Assembly: GCA_026396515.1 (NCBI GenBank)
Contig: JAPLWQ010000003.1
Location: 99,569 to 163,568, forward strand
DNA from: Candidatus Magasanikiibacteriota bacterium
Lineage (GTDB): Bacteria; Patescibacteriota; Patescibacteriia; Magasanikbacterales; GWA2-37-8
DNA length: 64,000 nucleotides
Reading direction: 5' to 3'
The notes beneath the pieces were generated by a model. That model saw nothing but the letters and a program-made list of their open reading frames with translations, searched no databases and was not told where the DNA came from. Of the stretch, positions 17,503 to 27,234 are shown piece by piece. The position numbers were made by a program, and so were the translations under genes. Position 1 is the first letter of the stretch. Every line of letters begins with the position of its first letter.

Positions 17503-18870
17503 ATGCCCGACCTTGATACAATAGTTTCGCTTTGCAAAAGGAGGGGGTTTGTTTTTCCTGGCTCGGAAATTTACGGCGGCCTGGCAAACAGCTGGGATTA
17601 CGGACCGCTGGGTCATTTGCTCAAACAAAATATTAAAAAAGCCTGGTGGAAATTTTTTGTCGCCGAACGCGATGACATGGTGCCGCTTGATTCGGCGATT
17701 ATTATGAACCCGAAAATTTGGGAAGCGTCCGGCCATTTGGAAAATTTTAGTGATGAACTGGTGGAGTGCAAAGAATGCCACCATCGTTTCCGCGTTGACC
17801 ACCTGCTTGAAGCAAAAGGAATTACCCCAAAGTTTGATAAAGAAGTGGTAAAAAAACCGGTGAAATTATCCTGTCCGGATTGTGATGGCGCGCTTACCGA
17901 ACCAAAGGCCTTCAATCTAATGTTTAAGACATTTCTGGGCACCACCGAAGACAATTCCACCGTGGCCTATCTGCGTCCGGAAACAGCCGGCGGCATGTTT
18001 ACCAATTTTAAAAATATTCAAAACGTTACGCGCCGCAGATTGCCGTTTGGTATCGCCCAAATAGGCAAGTGCTTCCGCAATGAAATTACGCCCGGCAATT
18101 TTATTTTTCGCACCCGCGAATTTGAAATAGGGGAGTTTGAGTATTTTATCAACCCTAAAGGATGGGAAAAGGTTTTTGAGATGTGGCTTAGTGAAATAAA
18201 GCGCTGGTGGAAAGATATTATGCAGGTGAATATGGACAATCTCGTTTGGCATGAAATTCCGGACAGCGAGCTCGCGCACTACAGCAAACGAACAGTGGAT
18301 GTTGAATATAAATATCCGTTTGGTGTTAAGGAGCTGCACGGCATTGCCTATCGCACCGATTTTGATCTGGCGCGCCATGAAAAAGTGAGCGGCCAGGATT
18401 TGCACTACACGGATCCGGAAACGAACGAGAAATTTTTGCCGCATGTGATTGAACCGACTTTTGGAATTGATAGGATGCTGCTTGTCGCTTTGCTTGAAGC
18501 GTATCACGAAGAAGAGGCGCCGACTGCTGAAGAAGGGGAGACGGATAAGCGCGTGGTGATGAAATTTCCCAAACATTTGGCGCCCTACCAGGTGGCCGTT
18601 TTACCGCTTTCTAAGAAGGAAGATCTGGCAAAAGTTTCAAAACCTTTAGCCACTGATTTGCGCAAGCATTTTTCCGTTGATTATGACGAAACGCAAAGCA
18701 TCGGCAAACGCTATCGCCGCGAAGACGAGATCGGCACGCCGTATTGTGTTACGGTTGATTTCGAATCGCTTGAAGACAAAAAAGTGACCGTACGCGACCG
18801 CGATACGATGAAACAAGACAGGGTGGCGATTGAAGAATTAATAAATTATTTAAAAGAAAAATTTATTTAA
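17503..18870 (+). CDS. glyQS: Glycine--tRNA ligase, single-chain class II type
   Basis: FVFPGSEIYGGLANSWDYGPLG and class II motifs are present. The start at ATG 17503 follows the upstream stop at 17501, and the ORF-track start at 17437 is an extension. Confidence 0.9.
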   Translation: MPDLDTIVSLCKRRGFVFPGSEIYGGLANSWDYGPLGHLLKQNIKKAWWKFFVAERDDMVPLDSAIIMNPKIWEASGHLENFSDELVECKECHHRFRVDHLLEAKGITPKFDKEVVKKPVKLSCPDCDGALTEPKAFNLMFKTFLGTTEDNSTVAYLRPETAGGMFTNFKNIQNVTRRRLPFGIAQIGKCFRNEITPGNFIFRTREFEIGEFEYFINPKGWEKVFEMWLSEIKRWWKDIMQVNMDNLVWHEIPDSELAHYSKRTVDVEYKYPFGVKELHGIAYRTDFDLARHEKVSGQDLHYTDPETNEKFLPHVIEPTFGIDRMLLVALLEAYHEEEAPTAEEGETDKRVVMKFPKHLAPYQVAVLPLSKKEDLAKVSKPLATDLRKHFSVDYDETQSIGKRYRREDEIGTPYCVTVDFESLEDKKVTVRDRDTMKQDRVAIEELINYLKEKFI

Positions 18871-18877
18871 TAAATAT

Positions 18878-19111
18878 ATGAATACTGAAAAAAATCTCGG
18901 CGGAGAGCTTAGTGGAACTTTGTCAAACGAAGTTGATCCGGCTGTGAAGTCGCTCGATCTGTTGAAGAAACAAATTTTGGCCAGCGAGGCTCTTGTTGAA
19001 AATATGACTCGCTCCGGTGAAAATGTCAGTCCCGATGAACTGCAGGAAGCGCGTGATTATCTTGCTGAACTCAGGAAAGATCTAAAAAACCGCGAGGATT
19101 TGGTTAAGTAA
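18878..19111 (+). CDS. Small hypothetical protein
   Basis: 77-aa ORF sitting in an operon gap. Confidence 0.35.
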   Translation: MNTEKNLGGELSGTLSNEVDPAVKSLDLLKKQILASEALVENMTRSGENVSPDELQEARDYLAELRKDLKNREDLVK

Positions 19112-19114
19112 TTT

Positions 19115-20386
19115 ATGCATCGCCAAACAAAGTTAAAAAATGGTCTGGCCAGTATTTTTGTTCCGATATCCGGCACCAAGGCGGTCACTATTATGATACT
19201 CTTGTCTGTCGGGTCGCGCTATGAAAATTCGCGCAATAATGGCGTCTCCCATTTTGTTGAACATCTGATGTTTAAGGGAACGAAGAAGCGCCCGACCACG
19301 CAGCATATCTCCCGCGAGCTGGATTCAGTCGGGGCCCAGTTTAATGCTTTTACAGGAAAGGAATACACCGGCTATTATGTAAAAATTGGAGGGGCCAAAC
19401 AGGAATTGGCAATGGATGTTCTTTCCGATATGCTGTACAACTCCAAATTTGATGAAGCGGAAATAAAAAGAGAAAAAGGGGTGATTATGGAGGAGATAAA
19501 GATGTATAAAGATGACCCGATGTCGGCGGTGGAGGATGTGATTGAGAAATTGATGTTTGGCGGGCACGCCTTAGGCCGTAATATTGCCGGAACTATTCAG
19601 GGGATAAAACAAATGAGCCGGGCAGACCTTTGGGATTATTATCGCGGGGCTTACGCGCCAAAAAATATGGTTTTGGTAGCGGCAGGAGCTATAAATACGA
19701 AAACAAAAAAATTGGCTGAAAAATATTTTGGAAATTATTCGGCGCCGGTTAAGATTAGGAAAGACGATTATGACCCGTTTAAAAAATTTATCAATGCCTC
19801 TTTTTCAAAAAGGGTTGGCGTGGAAAAAAGGAAAATTGATCAGGCGCATGTAATTTTAGCTTATCCTGGTTTAAAAAAAGACGACCCCAAGAGATATGCC
19901 CTGGCCGTTCTAACCAATATTTTGGGCGGGGGAATGAGCTCGCGGCTTTTTGTCGAGGTGCGTGAAAGACGCGGTTTGGCCTACCGGATTCGAGCCGAAG
20001 TAATTAATTATCGTGATACCGGTGCCGTGTTCATTTCCACCGGGCTGGACCAAAATCGCCTGAAGGAGGCATTTGTGACAATTGAAGCTCAAGTGAAGCG
20101 TATCGCCACCGAACTTGTCAGCAGTAAAGAATTGGCGGATGCAAAAAGCAATATTGCCGGCCATCTGACTTTGGCCATGGAAAATTCACATAATCAGGCG
20201 CAATGGTTTGCCGAGAATTTTTTGTTTTTTAAGAAATTGGAATCATACGAAGAAGCCGTCGCTAAAATAAAAAAAGTAACGGCAAAAGACGTGCTAAATT
20301 TGGCAAAAATAATTTTTAAGCCGCAGGCTAAGCGCGTTGCCGTAATCAGCGCAAAGAAAAAAAGCCAAATAATAAAATCATTATGA
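19115..20386 (+). CDS. M16-family (pitrilysin/insulinase-like) zinc peptidase
   Basis: It has the inverted zincin motif HFVEH (HxxEH). Confidence 0.8.
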   Translation: MHRQTKLKNGLASIFVPISGTKAVTIMILLSVGSRYENSRNNGVSHFVEHLMFKGTKKRPTTQHISRELDSVGAQFNAFTGKEYTGYYVKIGGAKQELAMDVLSDMLYNSKFDEAEIKREKGVIMEEIKMYKDDPMSAVEDVIEKLMFGGHALGRNIAGTIQGIKQMSRADLWDYYRGAYAPKNMVLVAAGAINTKTKKLAEKYFGNYSAPVKIRKDDYDPFKKFINASFSKRVGVEKRKIDQAHVILAYPGLKKDDPKRYALAVLTNILGGGMSSRLFVEVRERRGLAYRIRAEVINYRDTGAVFISTGLDQNRLKEAFVTIEAQVKRIATELVSSKELADAKSNIAGHLTLAMENSHNQAQWFAENFLFFKKLESYEEAVAKIKKVTAKDVLNLAKIIFKPQAKRVAVISAKKKSQIIKSL

Positions 20387-21147
20387 AAACAATACATTTA
20401 TTTGCCAACTGGAAAATGTATCTCGGCTATGACGAAAGCAATATTTTAGCCAACGCTTTAATTGGCGAGGTAAGAAAGATGCCGCCGGCTATAAATATAG
20501 CTTTGTTTCCCAGTGCTTTATCTCTATATTCAATCGCGTTGAATCTTAAAGAAACAGATATCGCCGTGGGGGCGCAGAATGCGTATTGGCTTGATAAGGG
20601 CGGTTATACCGGAGAAGTATCTGTTGGTATGTTTAAGGAGGTTGGTTGCAGGTATGTGCTTATTGGACACTCTGAGAGACGGCACGTTTTTCACGAGACC
20701 AACCTTGAAGTTAGGAAAAAAGTTGAAGCGGCTTTTGCCGAAAAGATAATGCCGGTGGTTTGTGTTGGTGAAACAAAAGAAGAGCGTAACGCCGGAAAGA
20801 CAGAGGAAGTTGTGGAAGTTCAGTTAAGAGCCGCGTTTGAAGATTTAAATTTACCAAGCGACACCAGATTTATCATTGCCTATGAACCGGTTTGGGCAAT
20901 CGGCACCGGCGATGCTTGCGATCCGAAAGAGGCCGAACGGATACATAAAGAAATCGCAAAAATTACCAAGTCGCTTTTGTCTGATGTGAATTTCAGTATT
21001 CTTTACGGCGGCAGCGTGCGCGCGGAAAATGTGGCCGACTATTTGGCCGGTTCGCACACGGACGGCGTTCTTATTGGTAATGCGTCGGCAAAATTGGATA
21101 CGTTTAAAGGTATTATGGATAAGGCTGCTCAATTCGCCGCAAAGTAA
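20383..21147 (+). CDS. tpiA: Triosephosphate isomerase
   Basis: ANWKMY, IGHSERR and YEPVWAIGTG are present. Confidence 0.9.
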   Translation: MKTIHLFANWKMYLGYDESNILANALIGEVRKMPPAINIALFPSALSLYSIALNLKETDIAVGAQNAYWLDKGGYTGEVSVGMFKEVGCRYVLIGHSERRHVFHETNLEVRKKVEAAFAEKIMPVVCVGETKEERNAGKTEEVVEVQLRAAFEDLNLPSDTRFIIAYEPVWAIGTGDACDPKEAERIHKEIAKITKSLLSDVNFSILYGGSVRAENVADYLAGSHTDGVLIGNASAKLDTFKGIMDKAAQFAAK

Positions 21148-21153
21148 ACTATT

Positions 21154-22062
21154 ATGACCAACATTATCTTTATCTCACTCATAACTTTGGCACTGGTCGT
21201 TATCGCCGTTATTGTCGTGCGTAAGTTTCCGGTTGTTGCCAATCTTGATTTGGAACATCTGGCCGAAGAACAGGAAATAAAGAAAAAAAATGCGATTTTG
21301 GAAAAGCGCCTTTCGGAGAAAAGCAACCAGGCGCAAAAACAATTTCAGGAAAAATTGAATCCGTTAAAACGGCTGTGGGCGCTTGTGCAATACAAATTTA
21401 GAGTGTATGTCGGCAAGATTGAAAAATTATTGCACTATGAAGATTTGATAAAAAATAGGCTAAAAAATCGCGAGCTTTCCTCAATTGACCGCGAAAAGCA
21501 GATTAGCACATTACTTCAGCAAGGCGAGAGCCAATTTCATGAAGGCAATTATGATAAGGCCGAAGAATTTTTTATTGCCGCGATAAAGTTTGATAAGAAA
21601 TTGGCGCCGGCATACCGCGGGTTGGCGGACACCTATATGGCCAAAGGCGCCGCCGAAGAAGCGATGCAAACCTATGATTATCTAAGCCGGCTTACACCCG
21701 CTGATGATGCTTTATTGGTAAAATTATCCGAGCTTTCCGAGGAACGCGGTAAAATTAATGAAGCAATTCATTATCTCGAAAAGGCTGTTTCCATCAATGA
21801 TTCGCTTTCTCCGCGTTTTTATCATTTGGCTGAATTACTGCAGAAGGTGGACCAGCCGGAAGTGGCTATTGAGGCGGTCTCTCAAGCAGTTGAACTCGAA
21901 TCAAAAAACCCTAAATATCTTGACTTATTGATAGAAATTGCTATAATATGTGGCAATCGGAAGGTAGCCGATAAGGGATTTGAAGAATTGCGGCTGGTAA
22001 ACCCGGATAATCAAAAATTGGCCGAGTTTAAGGAGAGGATTGAAAAAATTGAGCAGATGTGA
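21154..22062 (+). CDS. TPR-repeat protein with an N-terminal TM anchor
   Basis: An N-terminal hydrophobic helix is followed by repeated ~34-aa A/Y/L-patterned units. Confidence 0.6.
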   Translation: MTNIIFISLITLALVVIAVIVVRKFPVVANLDLEHLAEEQEIKKKNAILEKRLSEKSNQAQKQFQEKLNPLKRLWALVQYKFRVYVGKIEKLLHYEDLIKNRLKNRELSSIDREKQISTLLQQGESQFHEGNYDKAEEFFIAAIKFDKKLAPAYRGLADTYMAKGAAEEAMQTYDYLSRLTPADDALLVKLSELSEERGKINEAIHYLEKAVSINDSLSPRFYHLAELLQKVDQPEVAIEAVSQAVELESKNPKYLDLLIEIAIICGNRKVADKGFEELRLVNPDNQKLAEFKERIEKIEQM

Positions 22063-22086
22063 TATAATTGCCCGACTTTTGAGGAT

Positions 22087-22159
22087 GCCGTTGTAGCTCA
22101 GTTGGTAGAGCAACTCCATGGTAAGGAGTAGGTCCGCGGTTCAAATCCGCGCAACGGCT
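22087..22159 (+). tRNA. tRNA-Thr (anticodon GGT)
   Basis: Manual cloverleaf: acceptor GCCGTTG/CAACGGC, D-loop AGTTGGTA, anticodon loop ATGGTAA, T-loop TTCAAAT. Confidence 0.8.
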
Positions 22160-22188
22160 CTGGGTTTACAAATAGTATCGCCTTGTAC

Positions 22189-22261
22189 GCCACCTTAGCT
22201 CAGCTGGTAGAGCAACGGTTTTGTAAACCGTAGGTCGTCGGTCCGAGCCCGACAGGTGGCT
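22189..22261 (+). tRNA. tRNA-Thr (anticodon TGT)
   Basis: Manual cloverleaf: acceptor GCCACCT/AGGTGGC, anticodon loop TTTGTAA. Confidence 0.8.
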
Positions 22262-22277
22262 CGCAGATCATTTAATC

Positions 22278-22359
22278 GGATGGGTTCCCGAGCGGTCAAA
22301 GGGGACAGACTGTAAATCTGTTGGCTCCGCCTTCGAAGGTTCGAATCCTTCCCCATCCA
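22278..22359 (+). tRNA. tRNA-Tyr (anticodon GTA) with a long variable arm
   Basis: Acceptor GGATGGG/CCCATCC, anticodon stem ACAGA/TCTGT, loop CTGTAAA, a 13-nt variable arm and T-arm GAAGG-TTCGAAT-CCTTC. Confidence 0.8.
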
Positions 22360-22386
22360 CATTGTAAATTAATAATATTGAAAAAT

Positions 22387-22551
22387 ATGTCGTCCAAAGA
22401 AAGAGAAAACATGATAAAGATGGAGTGTTCTGAATGTAAGCGCGTTAATTACTTCAGCAGAAAGAATAAAAAACTTCTGAAGAACCGCTTGGAGATAAAG
22501 AAATACTGCCGTCACTGCAAAAAGCACTTGGCACACAAGGAAACAAAGTAA
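22387..22551 (+). CDS. rpmG: 50S ribosomal protein L33
   Basis: [54 protein letters not shown] carries the L33 CxxC...CxxC zinc ribbon. The ORF-track extension back to 22321 would run through tRNA-Tyr. Confidence 0.85.
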   Translation: MSSKERENMIKMECSECKRVNYFSRKNKKLLKNRLEIKKYCRHCKKHLAHKETK

Positions 22552-22555
22552 TTTT

Positions 22556-22584
22556 AAGGGCAGGACTCTTGTCCTGCCTTTTAA
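22556..22584 (+). terminator. Intrinsic terminator after rpmG
   Basis: Hairpin AAGGGCAGGAC-TCTT-GTCCTGCCTT followed by TT. Confidence 0.55.
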
Positions 22585-22588
22585 ACAC

Positions 22589-22626
22589 GGGGGGGTTCGT
22601 ATAGTGGTAGTATTATGGTCTCCAAA
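22589..22626 (+). pseudogene. tRNA-like 5' fragment (Trp-like anticodon loop, no matching 3' half)
   Basis: GGGGGGTTCGTATAGTGGTAGTATTATGGTCTCCAAA has a classic D-loop AGTGGTAG. It shares GGTCTCCAAA with the tRNA-Trp 0.5 kb downstream. No complementary acceptor or anticodon 3' strands were found. Confidence 0.3.
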
Positions 22627-22668
22627 TTGCCTTGTTATTGGAGGAATGATGACGTATAATATAGACAT

Positions 22669-23112
22669 ATGGAAAGTAACATATGTCTAAAATGTCACAA
22701 GAGCAAGCTGATATCCGAATTCAGTATTAGAGATAAGGAATCAAGGCGTTTTCATAGCCTCTGCAAAGATTGCCATTCAAAATATAGGCGAGAGCACTAT
22801 TTGCGGAATAGAGAGAAATATTTAGTTAAGGCAAAACGATGGAACAAGAAACAGACGTTTTCTCTACGCGCATTTATCTTCGACTATCTCTCAAATCATC
22901 CATGTGTAGATTGTGGTTCGAAAGATGTTAGAGTTTTAGATTTCGACCATGAAAGAGATAAGAAAATGGGCATCGCTCAAATGATACGAAATTGTCATTC
23001 ATTGTCATCGGTAGAAAAAGAAATTAAAAAATGCAGAGTAAGATGTGCTAATTGCCATAGAATAAAAACATTTTCACGAGGAAATTTTTGGAAAAATAAA
23101 ATGGGTCCGTAG
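22669..23112 (+). CDS. HNH endonuclease with an N-terminal CxxC/CxxC zinc finger (homing-endonuclease-like)
   Basis: CVDCGSKDVRVLDFDHERDKK...CANCH is an HNH core. The stop codon lies inside the 5' end of tRNA-Trp. Confidence 0.7.
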   Translation: MESNICLKCHKSKLISEFSIRDKESRRFHSLCKDCHSKYRREHYLRNREKYLVKAKRWNKKQTFSLRAFIFDYLSNHPCVDCGSKDVRVLDFDHERDKKMGIAQMIRNCHSLSSVEKEIKKCRVRCANCHRIKTFSRGNFWKNKMGP

Positions 23113-23174
23113 TTTCAATGGTAAAACATCGGTCTCCAAAACCGAGGTTCCCCGTTCGAATCGGGGCGGGCCTG
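23103..23174 (+). tRNA. tRNA-Trp (anticodon CCA)
   Basis: Acceptor GGGTCCG/CGGGCCT (two G-U pairs), anticodon stem TCGGT/ACCGA, loop CTCCAAA, T-arm CCCCG-TTCGAAT-CGGGG. Confidence 0.8.
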
Positions 23175-23238
23175 CGATTTTTACCCCGCATAGGCGCGAA
23201 GCGCATTGTGCGGGGACTACACCCCCTGCGAAATAAAT

Positions 23239-23263
23239 GAATCCTGTAAGGGATTCTTTTATT
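23239..23263 (+). terminator. Putative intrinsic terminator downstream of tRNA-Trp
   Basis: Hairpin GAATCC-TGTAAG-GGATTC followed by TTTTATT. An upstream GC hairpin CCCCGCA...TGCGGGG is also present. Confidence 0.45.
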
Positions 23264-23351
23264 AAGCGTAATATAGCTATATTTTAGTATTTAGGCTAAA
23301 ATAGCAGGTAAAATTGAAATAATTATCATATTCCGATTGTATATATAACAT

Positions 23352-23918
23352 ATGCCTGTTCCCGAGAATTTAACCGATGAACAGCTGATTGTAGGCGTAA
23401 GAGAAATTGATAAGGAATTCTACAGTGAGATCATCCGGCGCTATCAAACAAAGCTGTCCCATTATTTGCGAAAATTTATTAAAAGCGGTGATGAACTTGA
23501 AGACGTGCTTCAAGATGTTTTTATAAAGGCATATCGTAACTTGTATGATTTTGACGTGGGTAAGAAATTTTCTCCCTGGATATACCGCATCGCGCATAAT
23601 GAAGCGCTGAATCATGTAAAAAAATATCGCAGGGAATCGGTATCACTCGACGACCAGGAGTTGGAAATATTTGATGAAGGTTTTGATATCAAGGAGACGG
23701 TTGATCGTACTATTGCCCGGGAAAGAATAGAGAGCGCGCTCTTGAAAATTAAAGACAGATATCGCGAACCTATTATATTGTATTTTTTTGAACAAAAGAC
23801 CTATGAAGAGATCGGCGATATTTTACGCTTGCCCCGTAATACTGTCGGCACGCTTGTATCACGTGGAAAAAAATTATTGAAACAATTATTAGCCACTGAA
23901 AAATATGATAGAAAATAA
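23352..23918 (+). CDS. ECF-type sigma-70 family RNA polymerase sigma factor
   Basis: Region 2 is DVLQDVFIKAYRNLYDF...FSPWIYRIAHNEALNHVKK. Region 4 is YEEIGDILRLPRNTVGTLVSRGKKLL. Confidence 0.8.
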   Translation: MPVPENLTDEQLIVGVREIDKEFYSEIIRRYQTKLSHYLRKFIKSGDELEDVLQDVFIKAYRNLYDFDVGKKFSPWIYRIAHNEALNHVKKYRRESVSLDDQELEIFDEGFDIKETVDRTIARERIESALLKIKDRYREPIILYFFEQKTYEEIGDILRLPRNTVGTLVSRGKKLLKQLLATEKYDRK

Positions 23919-24762
23919 TAAAAATAATCTGGAAGAGAAAGTGATGTCTCAGATAAAAACGGGACGCGTGAAATTGCGTTCAAAATACATTTTCCTTGCT
24001 GAAAAATTAGGACTGGGAAGCGCGGTGGCGCTCAGCGTCTTATTGGCCGTATTATTTTTTAATTTGGTGCTTTTTTATTTAAAAGCGTCTGATAATATCG
24101 GTTATCTAAGTTTTGGCAGCCGCGGTTTATATGCCTTTTTGGAATCGTTTCCGTTCGCGCTTGCCGCCGGTTTAGTCATTCTGGTGCTTGTCGCCGCCTT
24201 TATCATTAAACGAAGCGGCTTTCTTTATAATAAGCCATTTGGCAGGATAGCTGTCGGGCTCGTTATTTTTATCATGGCTCTCGGAATTATTCTAACCTAT
24301 ACCAGTCTTGCTGAGCAGTTAGAGCGCCATGCATACGGACCAAATCCTTCAGGCATGTTTTTTCGTCCGCTTTTCAATCACGGGCTTGATGAACGCGGGC
24401 GCGGTACTACCGGTAGAGTAGTGGAATTGAATGATAATATTATTAGTATTCAGACGCCGCACGGCATTGAAAAAATCGACATCAGTAAACTTAAAACCCT
24501 TCCGGAACAGGAGCTTAAGGTAGGATCGTTTGTTATGGCGATAGGAGAAAAGAAAGGTGATATTTTTGAACCGGAAAATATTCGCGTTGTAAACGAGGAT
24601 GAGATGCCGATGATACGGCGTGGTGTGCACCGTCGTTTTGGGTCGTTTGAGCCACCCATGCCTTTACCGCCGGGAATTGGTTATGAAGGATGCGCTATGA
24701 ACGATTGCCCGATGGGCGGCTCAACCTCAGCTCCCTGCGAAGCAGAATGTTTTTCTCAATAA
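23905..24762 (+). CDS. Membrane protein downstream of the ECF sigma factor (putative anti-sigma factor)
   Basis: It has 3-4 TM helices and overlaps the end of the sigma gene. A Cys-rich C-terminus is present. Confidence 0.45.
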   Translation: MIENNKNNLEEKVMSQIKTGRVKLRSKYIFLAEKLGLGSAVALSVLLAVLFFNLVLFYLKASDNIGYLSFGSRGLYAFLESFPFALAAGLVILVLVAAFIIKRSGFLYNKPFGRIAVGLVIFIMALGIILTYTSLAEQLERHAYGPNPSGMFFRPLFNHGLDERGRGTTGRVVELNDNIISIQTPHGIEKIDISKLKTLPEQELKVGSFVMAIGEKKGDIFEPENIRVVNEDEMPMIRRGVHRRFGSFEPPMPLPPGIGYEGCAMNDCPMGGSTSAPCEAECFSQ

Positions 24763-24781
24763 AATATTTTTAAATATATCT

Positions 24782-26533
24782 ATGAAAAAGTTTTTTGGTT
24801 TAATTTGGAAGCACAAAATATATACTTTAATCATTCTCGCCTTAGTCGGCGTTGGCGGTTATTTTGGCTATAAAAAGTGGTTTGTGCCGGACGCTGTCAC
24901 GCGCTATGTCACGGCAAAAGTTGAACGCGGCGTGCTGGTTTCGTCAATTAGCGGTTCCGGCCAGGTATCTGCTTCAAATCAGGTTGATATTCAGCCGAAA
25001 GCGTCGGGTGATGTTTTAAGCGTGTCCGTGAAGGCGGGACAGGAAGTCAAAGCAGGGGCTTTGTTGGTACAATTGAATGCCAGCGCAGCGCTCAAAGCGG
25101 TGCGCGACGCTTCATCCAATCTGGAGTCTACGAGATTGTCTTTGGAAAAACTTACAAAGTCAACAGACGCGCTGACGCTTCTTCAATACGAAAATTCTTT
25201 GGCTCAAGCTCAGGAATCAAAAACAAAAGCTGAAGATGATTTAGCAAAGGCCTACGAAGATGGGTTCAATAATGTCGCGAACGCTTTTTTGGATCTGCCG
25301 AGCATGGTATCCGGATTATATGATATTTTGTATGGCTATACGTTTGACTATAGCATTCCCAATCTTGAATACTACGCGAATAATGCGATGATCTTTGAAG
25401 ATGTGGAAAGGGCGGAAAATTATAGAAACAGCGTTTCTCTTTCATATAGCGCGGCAAAAAATGCTTATGATATCAACTTTGACAGTTATAAAGCAGCCGG
25501 CAGATTTTCAAGCACTTCCACGATTGAAGATCTTATTGATGAGACATATGAGACGACAAAATTAATTGCTGAAGCGATAAAAAACGCCAATAATTTAGTC
25601 CAGTACTATACGGATGTTTTAACAGAAAATAAAGCACGGGTACAGTCGCAGGCATCAAATCATTTGTCCACCCTAAATGGCTATACCGGAACAACTAATT
25701 CTCAGCTTATTACGCTTCTCGCTCAAAAAAGAACAATTCAGACGGATAAGGAATCGATAGTAAATTCTGAGCGCACCATAGCCGAGAAAACCGTATCACT
25801 CGCCGACCTGAAAGCCGGAACTGACCCGTTAGATATTCAAGCTCAGCAAATAACCTTAAGACAGCGGCAAAACTCATTGTCAGACGCCAGAGAAACCCTG
25901 TCTAATTATTCGGTGCGTGCCCCGTTTGACGGAGTGATTGCGGCGGTAAATGTAAAAAAGGGGGATGCTGCGTCCTCGGGTTCTGCCGTTTGCACTATTA
26001 TCACCAAACAACGCGTCGCTACGATTGCCCTGAATGAAGTGGATGTGGCAAAAGTAAAAGCCGGACAAAAAGCCGTTGTTACTTTTGACGCAGTTGAAGA
26101 CCTGAGTATTACCGGCGAGGTTGTTGAAGTAGATGCTATCGGCGCCGTGAGTCAGGGCGTGGTCAGCTATAATGTTAAAGTTGCTTTTGATATTCAGGAT
26201 GAGAGAGTGAAGCCGGGTATGAGCGTTAGTGTCAGTATCATTTTAAGCAGTAAGCCTGATGTGCTTCTGGTTTCAAGTTCTGCCATCAAAACTCAAAATG
26301 GTTCCAGTTATGCTGAAGTGATGGTGAGCGGTACTCCACAAAAAATGACTATAACTGTTGGTGACTCAAACGACACTATGACTGAGGTGGTGAGTGGTTT
26401 AAGCGAAGGCGATGAAGTTGTGACCCAGACGGTGACCGGTGCCGGCACTGCAAGTGCTGCGGCGGGAAGCGCGGGCAGTCAGTCAGCTAACCGCGGCGCC
26501 CCTGGCGGAATGATGTTTGGAGAGATGCACTAG
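24782..26533 (+). CDS. HlyD/MacA-like periplasmic adaptor (membrane fusion protein)
   Basis: It has an N-terminal TM segment, a long coiled-coil and lipoyl/beta-barrel segments. It lies upstream of MacB-like ABC genes. Confidence 0.75.
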   Translation: MKKFFGLIWKHKIYTLIILALVGVGGYFGYKKWFVPDAVTRYVTAKVERGVLVSSISGSGQVSASNQVDIQPKASGDVLSVSVKAGQEVKAGALLVQLNASAALKAVRDASSNLESTRLSLEKLTKSTDALTLLQYENSLAQAQESKTKAEDDLAKAYEDGFNNVANAFLDLPSMVSGLYDILYGYTFDYSIPNLEYYANNAMIFEDVERAENYRNSVSLSYSAAKNAYDINFDSYKAAGRFSSTSTIEDLIDETYETTKLIAEAIKNANNLVQYYTDVLTENKARVQSQASNHLSTLNGYTGTTNSQLITLLAQKRTIQTDKESIVNSERTIAEKTVSLADLKAGTDPLDIQAQQITLRQRQNSLSDARETLSNYSVRAPFDGVIAAVNVKKGDAASSGSAVCTIITKQRVATIALNEVDVAKVKAGQKAVVTFDAVEDLSITGEVVEVDAIGAVSQGVVSYNVKVAFDIQDERVKPGMSVSVSIILSSKPDVLLVSSSAIKTQNGSSYAEVMVSGTPQKMTITVGDSNDTMTEVVSGLSEGDEVVTQTVTGAGTASAAAGSAGSQSANRGAPGGMMFGEMH

Positions 26534-26547
26534 AAGGAATATCAACT

Positions 26548-27230
<683 letters not shown>

Positions 27231-27234
<4 letters not shown>

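Noticed and set aside
17917-18576. 219-aa minus-strand ORF inside glyQS, plus the nested 17491-17960 ORFs
   Set aside because: They are antisense to a well-supported essential gene, with no RBS or motif.
22589-23174. Intron-containing tRNA-Trp (group I or BHB intron carrying the HNH ORF)
   Set aside because: The upstream half's acceptor and anticodon 5' strands (GGGGGTT, ATGGT) have no complementary 3' strands anywhere downstream. The downstream tRNA-Trp is complete on its own. An insertion footprint is more parsimonious, but I cannot exclude a decayed intron.
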